A stretch of 64,000 nt of DNA from assembly GCA_038087875.1 (NCBI GenBank), contig CM075991.1, forward strand, positions 14,138,001-14,202,000, written 5' to 3'. Positions 10,936 through 23,245 of this stretch are shown here, one piece after another. How positions within the stretch are numbered: the stretch's first letter is position 1; each line of letters starts with the position of its first letter. A model generated the notes under the pieces. The model was not told the origin of the DNA. It did not search any database and was given only the letters and a program-made list of their open reading frames with translations. A program made the position numbers and the translations under genes. The stretch is from Malacoraja senta. Lineage: Eukaryota.

Positions 10936-11217
10936 CTGTCCAAGTGTCTCTTAAACATTATGATAGTACCTGCCTCAACTACCTCCTCTGGCAGTTCATT
11001 CTATATACCACCACCCTTTGTGTAATAAAGTTACCCCTCAACAAGAAAAAGTGTTGAATGCTAAGTGCTTGAGGGCATTGTGAAGTGGGGAAAGATATGG
11101 CACCACAATACGGTCTCGACCCAAAACGTCACCCATGCCTTCACCCCAGAGATGCTGCCTGACCCGCTGAGTCACTGCAGCGTTTTGTGTCCATCCTCGT
11201 TCCTTCCTACACTATTC

Positions 11218-11880
11218 CTGGAATGGAATGCTATTTATTGTCATTCAAACCTAGGTTTGAACGAAATTTCATTTACTACAGTTTTTTACATTACAAAAAA
11301 AAAGCGTCGAGGCGAACTGGGGCTCCGATGTTAGAGCCTCCGGCAGACGATGGTAAGTCCCGTGGCCGCTAACCTGTGCCGGGCGATGTTAGACCTCGCT
11401 CCTTGTCCTTTAAACCCCGCGATTCCGGCGGGAGAAGTTGCCATTGCGGGAGCTCCGAAAAGCCGTCTCCCACCAGGGACCTGGAGCTCCCGATGTTCCT
11501 GCGGCCGGAGCTTCCGAAGCTACAAAGTCGGGTCACAGCCGAGCGCCACCACAGCTCTCCCCGCTCCGAAGACGGCCGGCTCCGCGATGGCGAGTCCCCA
11601 GGCTCCGCGACTAGAGACCTCAGGTTGGTCCCAGTTGGAGGCCGCAGCCGGCTCCACGATGTTAGGCCCAACGACATAGGAGACCCGACAGGGAAAAAGT
11701 CAGGTCCCCGTACAGGGAAGAGACTAACGGTTTCCCCCACATCCCCCCCTCCACCCCCCACATATACACAGCTAAAAAAATAATAAAAACTAAGCTCAAG
11801 ACATACATTTAACAAGACAAAAATAAAAAAAAGACGGACGACTGTAGTCGAGCCGCTGCCGTTAGGCACCGCCACTCCCA
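11218..11880 (-). mobile_element. Family A non-coding retroposon
   Basis: Minus-strand head gtggcggtgcctaacggcagcggctcgactacagtc, core cctaacatcgtggagc, and aataaa plus (cattc)n tail. Confidence 0.65.
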
Positions 11881-12514
11881 ACATTGCTTCCTCCGTTACA
11901 TTTGTGGGATAGCTGCAATGCTCAGGCATGAAAACACTCAGCAGGTCGGGCAGCATCCGCGGGGAGGGAAACAGTTAATGTTTCAGGTCCAGGTCCCTTC
12001 AACAGAGTTGGGAATAAGGAGAAAACAAGATGGTTTTCGGCAGCAGAGATGGAGTGGGTGGGATAAGGAAGATGGCTGTAAATTTCTGGTGATGGATGAG
12101 TGGCCATGACTAAACTCAAACATCCCCATTGCTAATCTTTAAAACATTCGCCTCGACAACATTATTTATTTGAAGCAGTGGGCTCTGAGATCACTTCTGA
12201 GCCAGAAGTGTGTGTAAACTGAGCCAGTACTCACCGAGTTGAAATGGCAGCATTGCTAAAACAGCCTGGAGAAATGACTAATGTTAATCTCACCTTCCCC
12301 CCCACCCCCCCTCTCAATCCCGACCGGTTCTCCTGAGCGGTTCATCGGTGATGCCAGCAATGGTCACGGATTGAACGGGAGGACCGGCCAAGAAGAAGTC
12401 AGCAACAAAATGGATGACGTTAGGCTGACGTTGAAATGAAACAGCCCTTCTCCACGGCTGGAAGTTGAGCCAATAGCGATCAATTAACCCTTTGCCTTCC
12501 ATTACTGGGAAATA

Positions 12515-12810
12515 CATGAGAAACATAAAAACATAGAAAATAGGTGCAGGAGGAGGCCATTCGGCCCTTCGAGCCCAGCACTGCCATTCAATGTGATCGT
12601 GGCTGATCATCCCCAATCAGTACCCCATTCCTGCTTTCTCCCCATATCTCTTGATTCCGTTAGCCCTAAGAGCTAAATCTAACTCTCTCTTGAAAACTTA
12701 CAGTGAATTGGCCTCCACTGCCTTCTGTGGCAGAGAATTCCGCAGATTCACAACTCTCTGGGTGAAAACGTTTTCCCTCATCTCAGTCCTAAATGGCCGA
12801 CCCCTTATTC
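12515..12810 (-). mobile_element. CR1 3' fragment
   Basis: Reverse complement of the ORF2 end (QRVVNL.NSLPQKAVEA) plus tail. Confidence 0.85.
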
Positions 12811-13199
12811 TTTATCAACACTACTTTTTGATCTCTCCCCAACACAACAATGTTTAAGGAAGCACAATACTGAGTTGGAGCCAAAGATAGACACAAAATG
12901 TTGGGCAAATGTGTCTATCTTTGGTTTAAACCAGCATCTGCAGTTCCTACATACACACTGAGGAGGAGCCCCTGATTCTTATATCATTAATTCTCAAGGC
13001 TGGGAGGCATAGTGGCAACATAGTGGAGCTGCTGCCTGACAGGTAGACTCAACAAGTCAAGCATCAGCAGTTATGTAACAAAGCTGAAGGCCAATGTTGA
13101 TGCAAGAAACTGCAGATGCTGGAATCTTGGGCAAAACACAAAGAGCTGGAGGAACTCAGTGGGTCAGGCTTGGACTAACCTCTGAATTAACAAGGCCTC

Positions 13200-13330
13200 A
13201 ATCAGTCTGAAGAAGGGTCCCGACCCGAAAAGTCAACCATTCCTTCGCTCCAGAGATGCTGCCCGTCCCGCAGAGTTACTCCAGCACTTTGTGTCTATCT
13301 TCGGTGTAAACCAGCATCTGCAGTTCCTTC
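13200..13330 (+). mobile_element. Penelope 3' end with hammerhead-like core
   Basis: ctgaagaagggtcccgacccgaaaagtc...ccagcatctgcagttcctt. Confidence 0.75.
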
Positions 13331-13399
13331 CTGCTCAGAATGACTCTGTTGGATGTGGCTTTTTGTGTTACTCCAGCTTTTTGTGTCTCTCTTCGAGTC

Positions 13400-13605
13400 A
13401 GGCAGCCTCCACGGAGGGGAATGGTCAGGCGACGTTTCGGGTCGGGTTACTTGAAGTTAGGGAAGTCAACATTCATACTGCTGGGGTGTAAGTTGCCCAA
13501 GTCAAGTCAAGTCAAGTCAAGTTTATTCGTCACATACACATACGAGATGTGCAGTGAAATGAAAAGTGGCCCAAGCGAAATATGAGGTGTTGTTCCTCCA
13601 ATGTG
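13400..13605 (-). pseudogene. Penelope GIY-YIG C-terminal remnant
   Basis: EEQHLIFRLG..NLHPSSMNVDFPNFK* on the minus strand, split by a short Rex1-type tail with TSD gcccaag. Confidence 0.75.
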
Positions 13606-14094
13606 AATGAGCGATGGATGGTCAGTGTGGATTTGTTGTGTTGGTGTGGTATCTGTAAAACTACTACAACAGTGGCTTCCCCTCTTTAGTTCAGGCCAGG
13701 GCGATGCCCCATTGTGGAATTGTTGGAGGCAGTGCCAGTGGTTCCAATCCTGTCTCTGCAGCTCGTAGCTGGCCCTGCTTTGATAAACCCTCTTACACTG
13801 AGCTCCTGTCAATGCTTCCTTCACTCTCCACGATTCCCTACTCATTATTCAACCTGCATCAACCTCTCTGACAGAGCATCACACCACAGCTCGCTTCAGA
13901 TAAAAATATATGCTGCCATCATCTCTCACTGACACTGATCTCGAACCTGCGTCTGCCACTTACCCGGCCTGGTGCTACAGGAAACATCTTCATCACAATT
14001 ATTCTGTTGATCATTATGCTGAACGCATTCTATGCAGAAGGAGCAAGGTGGTCTTGGAAGGAACGCTGGTTTAAACCGAAGATAGACACAAAAT

Positions 14095-14757
14095 ATAGCA
14101 AAAGGATTTGAGTATAGGTTCATAGCAAAAGGATTTGAGTATAGGAGCAGGGAGGTTCTACTGCAGTTGTACAGGGTCTTGGTGAGACCGCACCTGGAGT
14201 ATTGCATACAGTTTTGGTCTCCTAATCTGAGGAAAGACATTCTTGCCATAGAGGGAGTACAGAGAAGGTTCACCAGACTGATTCCTGGGATGGCAGGATT
14301 TTCATATGAAGAAAGACTGGATAGACTTGGCTTGTACTCGCTCGAATTTAGAAGATTGAGGGGGGATCTTATAGAAACTTACAAAATTCTTAAGGGGTTG
14401 GACAGGCTAGATGCAGGAAGATTGTTCCCAATGTTGGGGAAGTCCAGGACAAGGGGTCACAGTTTAAGGATAAGGGGGAAGTCTTTTAGGACCGAGATGA
14501 GAAAAACATTTTTCACACAGAGAGTGGTGAATCTCTGGAATTCTCTGCCACAGAATGTAGTTGAGGCCAGTTCATTGGCTATATTTAAGAGGGAGTTAGA
14601 TGTGGCCCTTGTGGCTAAGGGGTTCAGGGGGTATGGAGAGAAGGCAGGTACAGGATACTGAGTTGGATGATCAGCCATGATCATATTGAATGGCGGTGCA
14701 GGCTCGAAGGGCCGAATGGCCTACTCCTGCACCTATTTTCTATGTTTCTATGTTTCT
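14095..14757 (+). mobile_element. Young CR1 3' fragment
   Basis: Uninterrupted 164-aa ORF2 C-terminus (14167-14661) and (ttctatgt)n tail, inserted in a PLE end. Confidence 0.92.
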
Positions 14758-15057
14758 AAAATGCTGGAGTAACTCAGCGGGACAGGCAGCATCTCTGGAG
14801 AGAAGGAATGGGTGACGTTTCGGGTCGAGACCCAGCTGGTGTAATGGTTCCAGACGTATGAATTACCGATTTAAAGACGAGATTAGTTTCGTTAGTTTTA
14901 AGATACAGCGTGGAAACAGGCCCTTCGGCCCACCGAGTCCATGCCGACCATCGATCGCCCCGTACTCTAGAACTATCCTACACATTAGGGACAAGTTACA
15001 ACAGCCAATTAACCTACAAACTATGTAAAAATTACATTGTAGCATTGGCATCACAGG

Positions 15058-15475
15058 GCAGCACGGGCGATGCAGCGGGTAGAGCTGCTGCCTCACAGCG
15101 CCAGAGACCCCAGGTTCGATCCTGACTACGGGTGCCGTCTGTACGGAGTTTGCACGTCCTCCCTGTGGCCGCGTGGGTTTCCTCCGGGTGCTCCGGTTTC
15201 CTCCCACGTCCCAAAGACATGCGGGTTTGTAGGTTAATTGGCCCCCTGTAAAATTACTCCTGGTGTGTAAGGGAGGGGACGGGAAAGTGGGATAACGTGG
15301 AACTAGTGTGAAGTTGACACAAAATGCTGGAGCAACTCAGTGGGCCCGACGGCACTTCTGGAGAAAGGAACAGGTGATGTTTCGGGTCGAGACCCCTCGT
15401 CAGTGTGAATGGGTGATCGATGGTCAGAGTGGGTCGAAGGGCCTGTTTGCTTGCTGTATATCTAAACTCAAAACT
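15058..15475 (+). mobile_element. V-SINE with nested PLE end
   Basis: Head with B box ggttcgatcc and V-domain. The PLE insert is flanked by agtgtgaa repeats. Confidence 0.8.
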
Positions 15476-15489
15476 AGAAGTTAAACAGT

Positions 15490-15712
15490 AATTAGATAAA
15501 TCTGGAATTAATTTTAAAAATGTGGTATCCCCAGTAATCATAATCTACCGGATGTAAACGTCGTCTGATTCACCAACAGGAACTTGCCGGCCTATACGTG
15601 AGCCCTAAACATCAATATAATCACTGCTTAACGACTCCATTTAGGGGCAATTACAAATGGACACTAACTGCTGGTATTGCCAGTCACGTTCACATCTTAT
15701 GAATCAATAAAA
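15490..15712 (+). mobile_element. Old degenerate SINE remnant
   Basis: ggggcaattacaaatggacactaactgctggtattgccag...tgaatcaataaa resembles a remembered shark SINE 3' tail. Confidence 0.45.
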
Positions 15713-15869
15713 TCACAAAAATGCAAGGACCAGTCACTCAGGAAACTTCCCATGTGTAATAGATTATTAGTAACGTTGAACTCACCCAGTGAGTAGCCAG
15801 ATCAGCATGTGCCCACACCACATAACTTGGCATTGCACTAAGCAAGCACTTTAAGCCATATCCAGTCGA

Positions 15870-16112
15870 CAGAGACCCCAGTTCCATCCTGACCAGGGGT
15901 GCTGTCTGCATGAAGTTTGTACGTTCTCCCTGTGACCTGCGTGGGTTTTCTCCTGGTGCTCAGGTTTCCTCCCACACTTCAGGTTTGTAGGTTAATTGGC
16001 TTCTGTAGATTGTCCCTAGTGAGTGGGTTTGGACTAGTGTGGAGCTGATCGCTGATCGTTAAGGATTCGGTGGGCCGAAGGGCCTGTTTCCATGCTGTAT
16101 CTCTAAACTAAA
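15870..16112 (+). mobile_element. V-SINE (5'-truncated)
   Basis: V-domain and gggccgaagggcctgtttccatgctgtatctctaaact tail. Confidence 0.8.
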
Positions 16113-16354
16113 TGAAAGGTACGTCAGTTTATTCTGAAACTCTCCCACAACTGGAGACATCCTCTCCATATGCGCTCTATCCAGAATAGAACTACTGTAC
16201 GGGGTGGTCGCTGGTCGGCGTGGAATTGGTGGCCGAAGGGCCTGTTTTCATGCTGTATCTCTAAACTAAACCAAACTAAACCAGACAGACGCCTTTGTTC
16301 AGTTTAATGGTGTCCGCGTACTTTTCCTGTACTCAGGGGGATGAAGGAAGCTGT

Positions 16355-16950
16355 TCAGTTCAGTTTAGTTTAGTTTAGTGTCACGTGTACCGAGGTACAG
16401 TGAAAAGCTTTTGTTGCGTGCTAACCAGCCAGCGGAAAGACAACACATGATTACAATCGAGCCATTCACAGTGTACAGATACATGATAAGGGAATAACGT
16501 TTAGTGTAAGGTTTAACCAGTAAAGCCTGATCAAAGATAGTCCGATAGTAGTTCAGGACCGCTCTCTGGTTGTAGTAGGATGGTTCAGTTGCCTGATAAC
16601 AGCTGGGAAGAAACTGTCCCTCAATCTGGAGGTGTGCGTTTTCACACACTGATGGGAGAGGGGAGAAGAGGGAGTGCCCAGGGTATGACTTGTCCTTGAT
16701 TACGCTGCTGGCCTTGCCGAGGCAGCGTGAGGTATAAATGGACTCAATGGAAGGGAGGTTGGTTTGTGTGATGGTCTGAGCTGCGTCCACAATTCTCTGC
16801 AATTTCTCACGGTCTTGGATGGAGCTGTTCCCAAACCGTGCTGTGATGCATCCTGATAAAGTGCTTTATATGATGCATCTGTAGAAGTTGGTGAGGGTTG
16901 TTGGGGACATGCCGAACCTCCTCAGCTGTTTAAGGAAGTAGAGGCGCTGG
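16355..16950 (-). mobile_element. Rex1/Babar LINE 3' fragment
   Basis: QRLYFLKQLRRFGMSPTTLTNFYRCII.STLSGCITARFGNSSIQDREKLQRIVDAAQTITQTNLPSI, plus tail. Confidence 0.88.
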
Positions 16951-17244
16951 CCTGGTGTGGCATGGACTCGATACTTTGAGGTGGGGGGAACCAGTTTTCA
17001 TGTCCAGTACTGTGAGTGAACTCAAAGAACCGGAGACATTAGCAAAACATAAAGTGCTGGAGAGACTCAGCGGGTCAGGCAGCATCTGCGGAGGGAAATG
17101 TACAGACAATGCTTCGGGTCAGGACCTTCCTTCAGTCTGATGATAGTCTGGCATTGTCGATGCACCAGTTATTCACAGTGGCACAACTGGTAGAGCCACT
17201 GTCTCACAGCACCGGAGACCCGGGTTCGATCCTGACCTCCGGTG

Positions 17245-17533
<289 letters not shown>

Positions 17534-17811
17534 TTTTTTTTGCTTGTTTGTTTGTTTTTTGCTGGAACCTTCTCTCCCGCTTGTCCCGCTGAGTTACTTC
17601 AGATTGTTGATTTACCAAAGAGAAAAATATGCAAAGTGCTGGAATAACAGCCGGTCCAGCAGCATCTCTGGGAACATTTATTTTCTCCAGGGATGCTGCC
17701 TGATCTGCTGAGTTACTCCAGCACTTTGTGTCTTTTTTTTTACCCCAATTTGTGTTGCTGGAACCTCTTGTGCTGCCTCACCATTGTCTGAGATGGAGGA
17801 TTCCCTCACAC

Positions 17812-18442
17812 AGGGTGGCACAGTGGCATGGTGGAACAGTGGCACAGTGGCACAGTGGCATGGTGGTACAGTGGAACAGTGACATGGTGGAACAGTGACA
17901 TGGTGGAACAGTGGAACAGTGACATGGTGGAACAGTGACATGGTGGAACAGTGGAACAGTGACATGGTGGAACAGTGACATGGTGGAACAGTGACATGGT
18001 GGAACAGTGGAACAGTGACATGGTGGAACAGTGGCATGGTGGTACAGTGGCATGGTGGTACAGTGGAACAGTGGAACAGTGACATGGTGGAACAGTGGAA
18101 CAGTGACATGGTGGAACAGTGGCACAGTGGCACAGTGGCATGGTGGCACAGTGGCATGGTGGTACAGTGGAACAGTGACATGGTGGAACAGTGGCACAGT
18201 GGCACAGTGGCATGGTGGCACAGTGGCATGGTGGTACAGTGGAACAGTGACATGGTGGAACAGTGGCACAGTGGCACAGTGGCATGGTGGCACAGTGGCA
18301 TGGTGGTACAGTGGAACAGTGACATGGTAGTACAGTGACATGGTGGTACAGTGACATGGTTTGCAGTGACATGGTGGAACAGTGGCATGGTGGCATGGCA
18401 GCACGGCGGCACGGTGGCATGGTGGCATAGTGGCATGGTGGC
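17812..18442. repeat. 8-bp-unit minisatellite with 72-bp higher-order repeat
   Basis: Units ggcacagt/ggaacagt/gacatggt/ggcatggt/ggtacagt. A nine-unit block recurs about three times. Confidence 0.92.
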
Positions 18443-19120
18443 AGCCTCGCCAGCAGCGTGTCCGTCCTTTCGACTTTTTTTGTTTTTTAGTAAGTCTAAA
18501 TGTATGTTTTAGTGTGTGGAGTGGTGGGGGGGGAATAGGGGGACACCGTTTGTCAGTCACTTACCTCGACGGAGATGTGACTTTTTCTCTTTGTCGCATC
18601 TTCCCCCCCCCCCCCCCCCCTCGCAGCCTAACAACTGGTTTGGTGTGGCCTTTCTCGGAGACCGGCCCAGAGCTTCAGTAGCAGGCACGGCGCTGACTTT
18701 AACATCGTGGAGAGGGGCGATCCCTCGCCGGGGATCGCCGGAAGAAGTGCTCCGACTGCTGGCCTGCAGCCTATAACATCGTGAAGCCGCGGTCTGCAGT
18801 AAGAAAGTGGTCGATTCGGGAACTCCGGAGTGTGTGCTCCGATCCGTCCCGACGTCGGAGTTTCGATCATCCCGACGAGAGGGCTTGTGCATCGGGCCGT
18901 CTGTAGCGGCGACTACAGAGGGTTCATGGCCCCGACCACGGGTGAACAAAGGAGGAGGAACTGAATGTTATTGCCTTTCATCGCAGTGTAGAATGTGGAT
19001 CCCACAGTGGTGGATGTTTGTGTTACATTGGATTGTGTATTGTGCTCCTTTTGATTGTGTGGCTGCATGGTCACTCATTTCACTGTACCTTAATTGGTGT
19101 ACGTGACAAATAGACTTGAA
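18432..19120 (+). mobile_element. Family A non-coding retroposon
   Basis: ggtggcagcctcgccagcagcgtgtccgtc head, tttaacatcgtggag core, and gtggtggatgttt...gtgacaaata tail. Confidence 0.65.
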
Positions 19121-19412
19121 CCTTACAGCGCTTTCAGCAACAGAGACATGAGTTCGATCCCGACTACAGGTGCTGTCTGTACGGAGTTCGTACCTTCTCC
19201 CCGTGACCTGCGTGGGTTTTCTCCTAGATCTTCGGTTTCCTCCCACACTCCAAAGACGTACAGGTTTGTAGGTTAATTGGCTTGGTATAAATGTAAACTT
19301 GTCCCTAGTGGGTGTAGGATAGTGTCAGTGCGCGGGGATCGCTGGTTGGTGTGGACCCGGTGGACCAAAAGGCCTGTTCCGGACTGTAATCTCTAAACTG
19401 AACTAAACTAAA
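19120..19412 (+). mobile_element. V-SINE
   Basis: B box gagttcgatccc, V-domain and (aaact)n tail. Confidence 0.82.
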
Positions 19413-20019
19413 CTTATTGGCTTTGGTAATTGTAAATTATCTCTAGTGTGTAGGATATTGTTAGTGATGGGGGTGATCGATGGCCGGTGTGAACACAATG
19501 GGCCAAGGAACCTGTTTCCGCACTGTATCTCATAGAAACATGGAAAATAGGTGCAGCAGTAGGCAGCACCACCATTCAATATGATCATGGCTAATCATCC
19601 TAAATCAGTACCCCGTTCCTGCTTTCTCCCCATATCCCTTGATTCTGTTGGGATCTCTAAACAAAGGGTCTCGTGGGTCTGATCTGATCTGATAGCGTTG
19701 CGTGAATCTGCTTCACAGGGACTGTGGCAGTATGGGTGACAGAGGAGGGATGATGAGGCAGAGGTGTGAAGATGAGTGTACGTCTGGCATGTAATTAAGC
19801 TGCAGTGACCACACAACACTGCGGTTGCCAATGGGGTCAGAGTCTGGCCTTTCCGTGGTGAGTGACTCACCCCCTGAGTTCCCAAAAGCCTTTCCGTCAC
19901 ACACAGCTCGTGTCAGTAGTGGGACTAAATGCTCTTCATGCCTCAGTAAACGTGGGCTCAAAAACTGCACATGAAATCCAACAGCCTTCAGAACCAAAGG
20001 GCTAGTGCCAGGGAGTGAA

Positions 20020-21362
20020 GAGGTAATAATGGGCATTTGGATAGCAGTGAAAGGATTAGTCCAAGTCAACATGGATTTATGAAAGGGAAATCATGCATGA
20101 CTAATCTTCTGGAATTTTTTGAGGATGTGACAAGTAAAATGGATGAAGGGGAGCCAGTGGATGTAGTGTATCTAGACTTTCAGAAAGCCTTTGATAAGGT
20201 CCCGCACGGGAGACTGGTGACTGAAATTAGAGCACATGGTATTGGCGATAGGGTGTTGACGTGGATAGAAAATTGGTTGTCAGACAGGAAGCAAAGAGTA
20301 GGATTGAACGGGTCCTTTTCAGAATGGCAGGCAGTGGCGAGTGGAGTGCCGCAAGGCTCGGTGTTGGGGCCGCAACTGTTTACCATATATATTAATGATT
20401 TGGAAGAGGGAATTAGTAGCAACACTAGCAAGATTGCAGATGACACAAAGCTGGGTGGCAGTGTGAACTGTGAAGAGGATGTTAGGAGGTTGCAGGGTGA
20501 CCTGGACAGGTTGAGTGAGTGGGCAGATGCGTGGCAGATGCAGTATAATATAGATAAATGTGAGGTTATCCACTTTGGCGGCAAAATCAAGGGGGCAGAT
20601 TATTATCTCAATGGGGTTAGGTTAGGTAAGGGGTGGGGGGTACAGCGAGACCTGGGTGTCCTTCTACACCAGTCACTGAAAGTTGGCGTGCAGGTACAGC
20701 AGGCAGTGAAGAAAGCTAATGGAATGTTGGCCTTCATAACAAGAGGATTTCAGTATAGGAATAGAGAGGTTCTTCTGCAGTAGTATAGGGCTCTGGTAAG
20801 ACTACTGGAGTATTGCGTACAGTTTTGGTCTCCTAATTTGAGGAAGGACATCCTTGTGATTGAGGCAGTGCAGTGTAGGTTCACAAGATTGATCCCTAGG
20901 ATGGCAGGACTGTCATATGAGGAAAGATTGAAAAGACTAGGCTTGTATTCACTGGAGTTTAGAAGGATGAGGGGTTATCTTGTAGAAACATTTAAATTTT
21001 AAAAGGACTGGACAAGCTAGATGCAGGAAAAATGTTCCCAATGTTGGGCGAGTCCAGAACCAGGGGACACAGTCTTAGAATAAAGGGGAGGCCATTTAAG
21101 ACTGAGGTGAGAAAAAACGTTTTCACCCAGAGAGTTGTGAATTTGTGGAATTCCCTGCCACAGAGGGCAGTGGAGGCCACATCACTGGATGGATTTAAGA
21201 GAGAGTTAGATAGAGCTCTAGGGGCTAGTGGAGTCAAGGGATATGGGGAGAAGGCAGGCACGGGTTATTGATTGGGGACGATCAGCCATGATCGCAATGA
21301 ATGGCGGTGCTGGCTCAAAGGGCCGATGGCCTCCTCCTGCACCTATTGTCTATGTTTCTATG
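20020..21362 (+). mobile_element. CR1 LINE ORF2 fragment containing the RT core (degenerate)
   Basis: QHGFMKGKSC, YLDFQKAFDKV, SGVPQGSVLGP and IADDTKL. Stop at 20781 and frameshifts downstream; intact 3' tail. Confidence 0.92.
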
Positions 21363-21384
21363 AGTGGCACAGCGGGCAGAGTTG

Positions 21385-21693
21385 GATGGCACAGCGCCAC
21401 AGAGGTGAACTTGTTGTCTTACTGCGCCAGAGATCCTGGTTCGATCCTGACTACGGGTGCTGTCTGTACGGAGTTTGTACATTCTCCCTGTGACCATGTG
21501 GGTTTTCTCTGGGTGCTCCGGTTCCCTCCCACATCCCAAACACGTGCGTGTTTTTCGGTTAATTGGCTTCTGTATATTGTTCCTCATGTGTAGGTTAGAA
21601 CTGGTGTACTGGTGACCGTTGGTCAGTGCAGACTCGGTGGGCCGAAGGGCCTGTTTCCGTGCTTTATCTTGAAAATACTAAACTAAACTAAAA
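21385..21693 (+). mobile_element. V-SINE
   Basis: B box, V-domain and tail. Confidence 0.82.
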
Positions 21694-21729
21694 CTATCCA
21701 GAGAAGTGGAAACCTGTGTCCATAAGGCC

Positions 21730-21975
21730 ATAAGACATAGGAGCAGATTAGGCCATTCGGCCCATCAAGTCTGCTCCACCATTGAATCATGGCTGATCCA
21801 TTTTTCCCGCTCAACCACATTCTCCTGCCTTCTCCCCGTAACCTTTGATGCCCGTACTAATCAAGAATGCTTTAAACATGCCCAATGACTTGGTCTCCAC
21901 AGCTGTCTGCGGCAATGAATTCCACAGATTCACCCCCCCCATGTGGTGAAAGAAATTCCCCCTCATCTCCGTTCC
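21730..21975 (-). mobile_element. CR1 3' fragment
   Basis: VNLWNSLPQTAVETKSL on the minus strand, plus tail. Confidence 0.8.
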
Positions 21976-22674
21976 GAAGTCTCTGAGATATGAGGGGTCG
22001 ACTTTAATCAGCTCAAGTGGAGCCAAAGTCACGAGCTGCCGCAGCTAAAGTGATCGGAGAATTTGGCGGAAGCGCTCAGAGACTGGGAACTGACAGGGAA
22101 GGGCGCAGTAGATCAAACACCATCATTAAGATGGAAGTTAATTCACTGAACACGACGACACACCATTAAAACGGAGCGGTGCTTGTGACAATTTGTACTT
22201 GAGCTGTGTTGAGGCAATGTCAACTGGCTGGAGATCACCTGAATGCCGCCTTTCAGCGCAGGTCAATGGTAATGTCTGTGGATCAACGACACTACGCAGG
22301 GTTTAATGGCGGATGCAAGTGAGGGTCAAGAGAGGTGAGACAATCAGCTGGAGACGAGACATTCCCTTGAAGGGTACAAAGGATAACGGAGTAAGATTAA
22401 GAAATAAATCAGGAATGGGCCAGAGAGACTACTGGCACCGAAGATGAAGGAGAATCCTAAAAGATCTGTAAGTATATTAAGATTAAAAGGGTAGAGGGTA
22501 AGAAAGTGGCTCTCCTCAGTAAAGTGTGGCAATCTATGTGTGGAGCCACAGGAGAGGTCTTAGTTTAGTTTAATTTAGTTTTGTTTATTTTTGTTTCGTT
22601 AGTTTAGTTAGTTTCAGTTAGTCCAGAGATACAGCGCAGAAACAGGCCCTTCGGCACCGACCAGCGATCCCCGC

Positions 22675-23245
22675 ACACCAATACTATCCCACACACACAC
22701 CAACACTATCCCACACACACACCAACACTAACCCACACACACACCAACACTAACCCACACACACCAACACTAACACACACACACCAACACTAACACACAC
22801 ACACCAACACTAACCCACACACACACCAACACTAACCCACACACACTAACACTAACCCACACACACTAACACTATCCCATACACACCAACACTATCCCCC
22901 ACACACACTAACACTAACCCACACACACTAACACTATCCCATACACACCAACACCAACCCACACACACACCAACACTAACCCACACACACCAACACTAAC
23001 CCACACACACTAACACTAACCAACACACACTAACACTAACCCACACACACCAACACTAACCCACACACACACCAACACTAACCCACACACACCAACACTA
23101 TCCCACACACACACTAACACTATCCTACACACACACACCAACACTATCCCACACACACACCAACACTATCCCACACACACACACCAACACTATCCCACAC
23201 ACACCAACGCTAACCCACACACACCAACACTATCCTACACACACT
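22675..23245. repeat. 18-22 bp minisatellite (ccaacacta[t/a]cccacacaca)n expanded from the SINE body
   Basis: The unit equals the SINE segment taacactatcctacacacac. Confidence 0.9.

Larger units (their letters stand above)
10520..11040 (-). mobile_element. Older CR1 3' fragment (host of the solo LTR)
   Basis: gtcatacagcgaggaaacaggccattcagccc...cctatccatgtacctgtc|caagtgtctcttaaac rejoins across the insert. Confidence 0.7.

Noticed and set aside
17678..18560. Cys/His-rich metallothionein-like ORFs
   Set aside because: Products of the stop-poor 8-bp minisatellite, open in all three minus frames.
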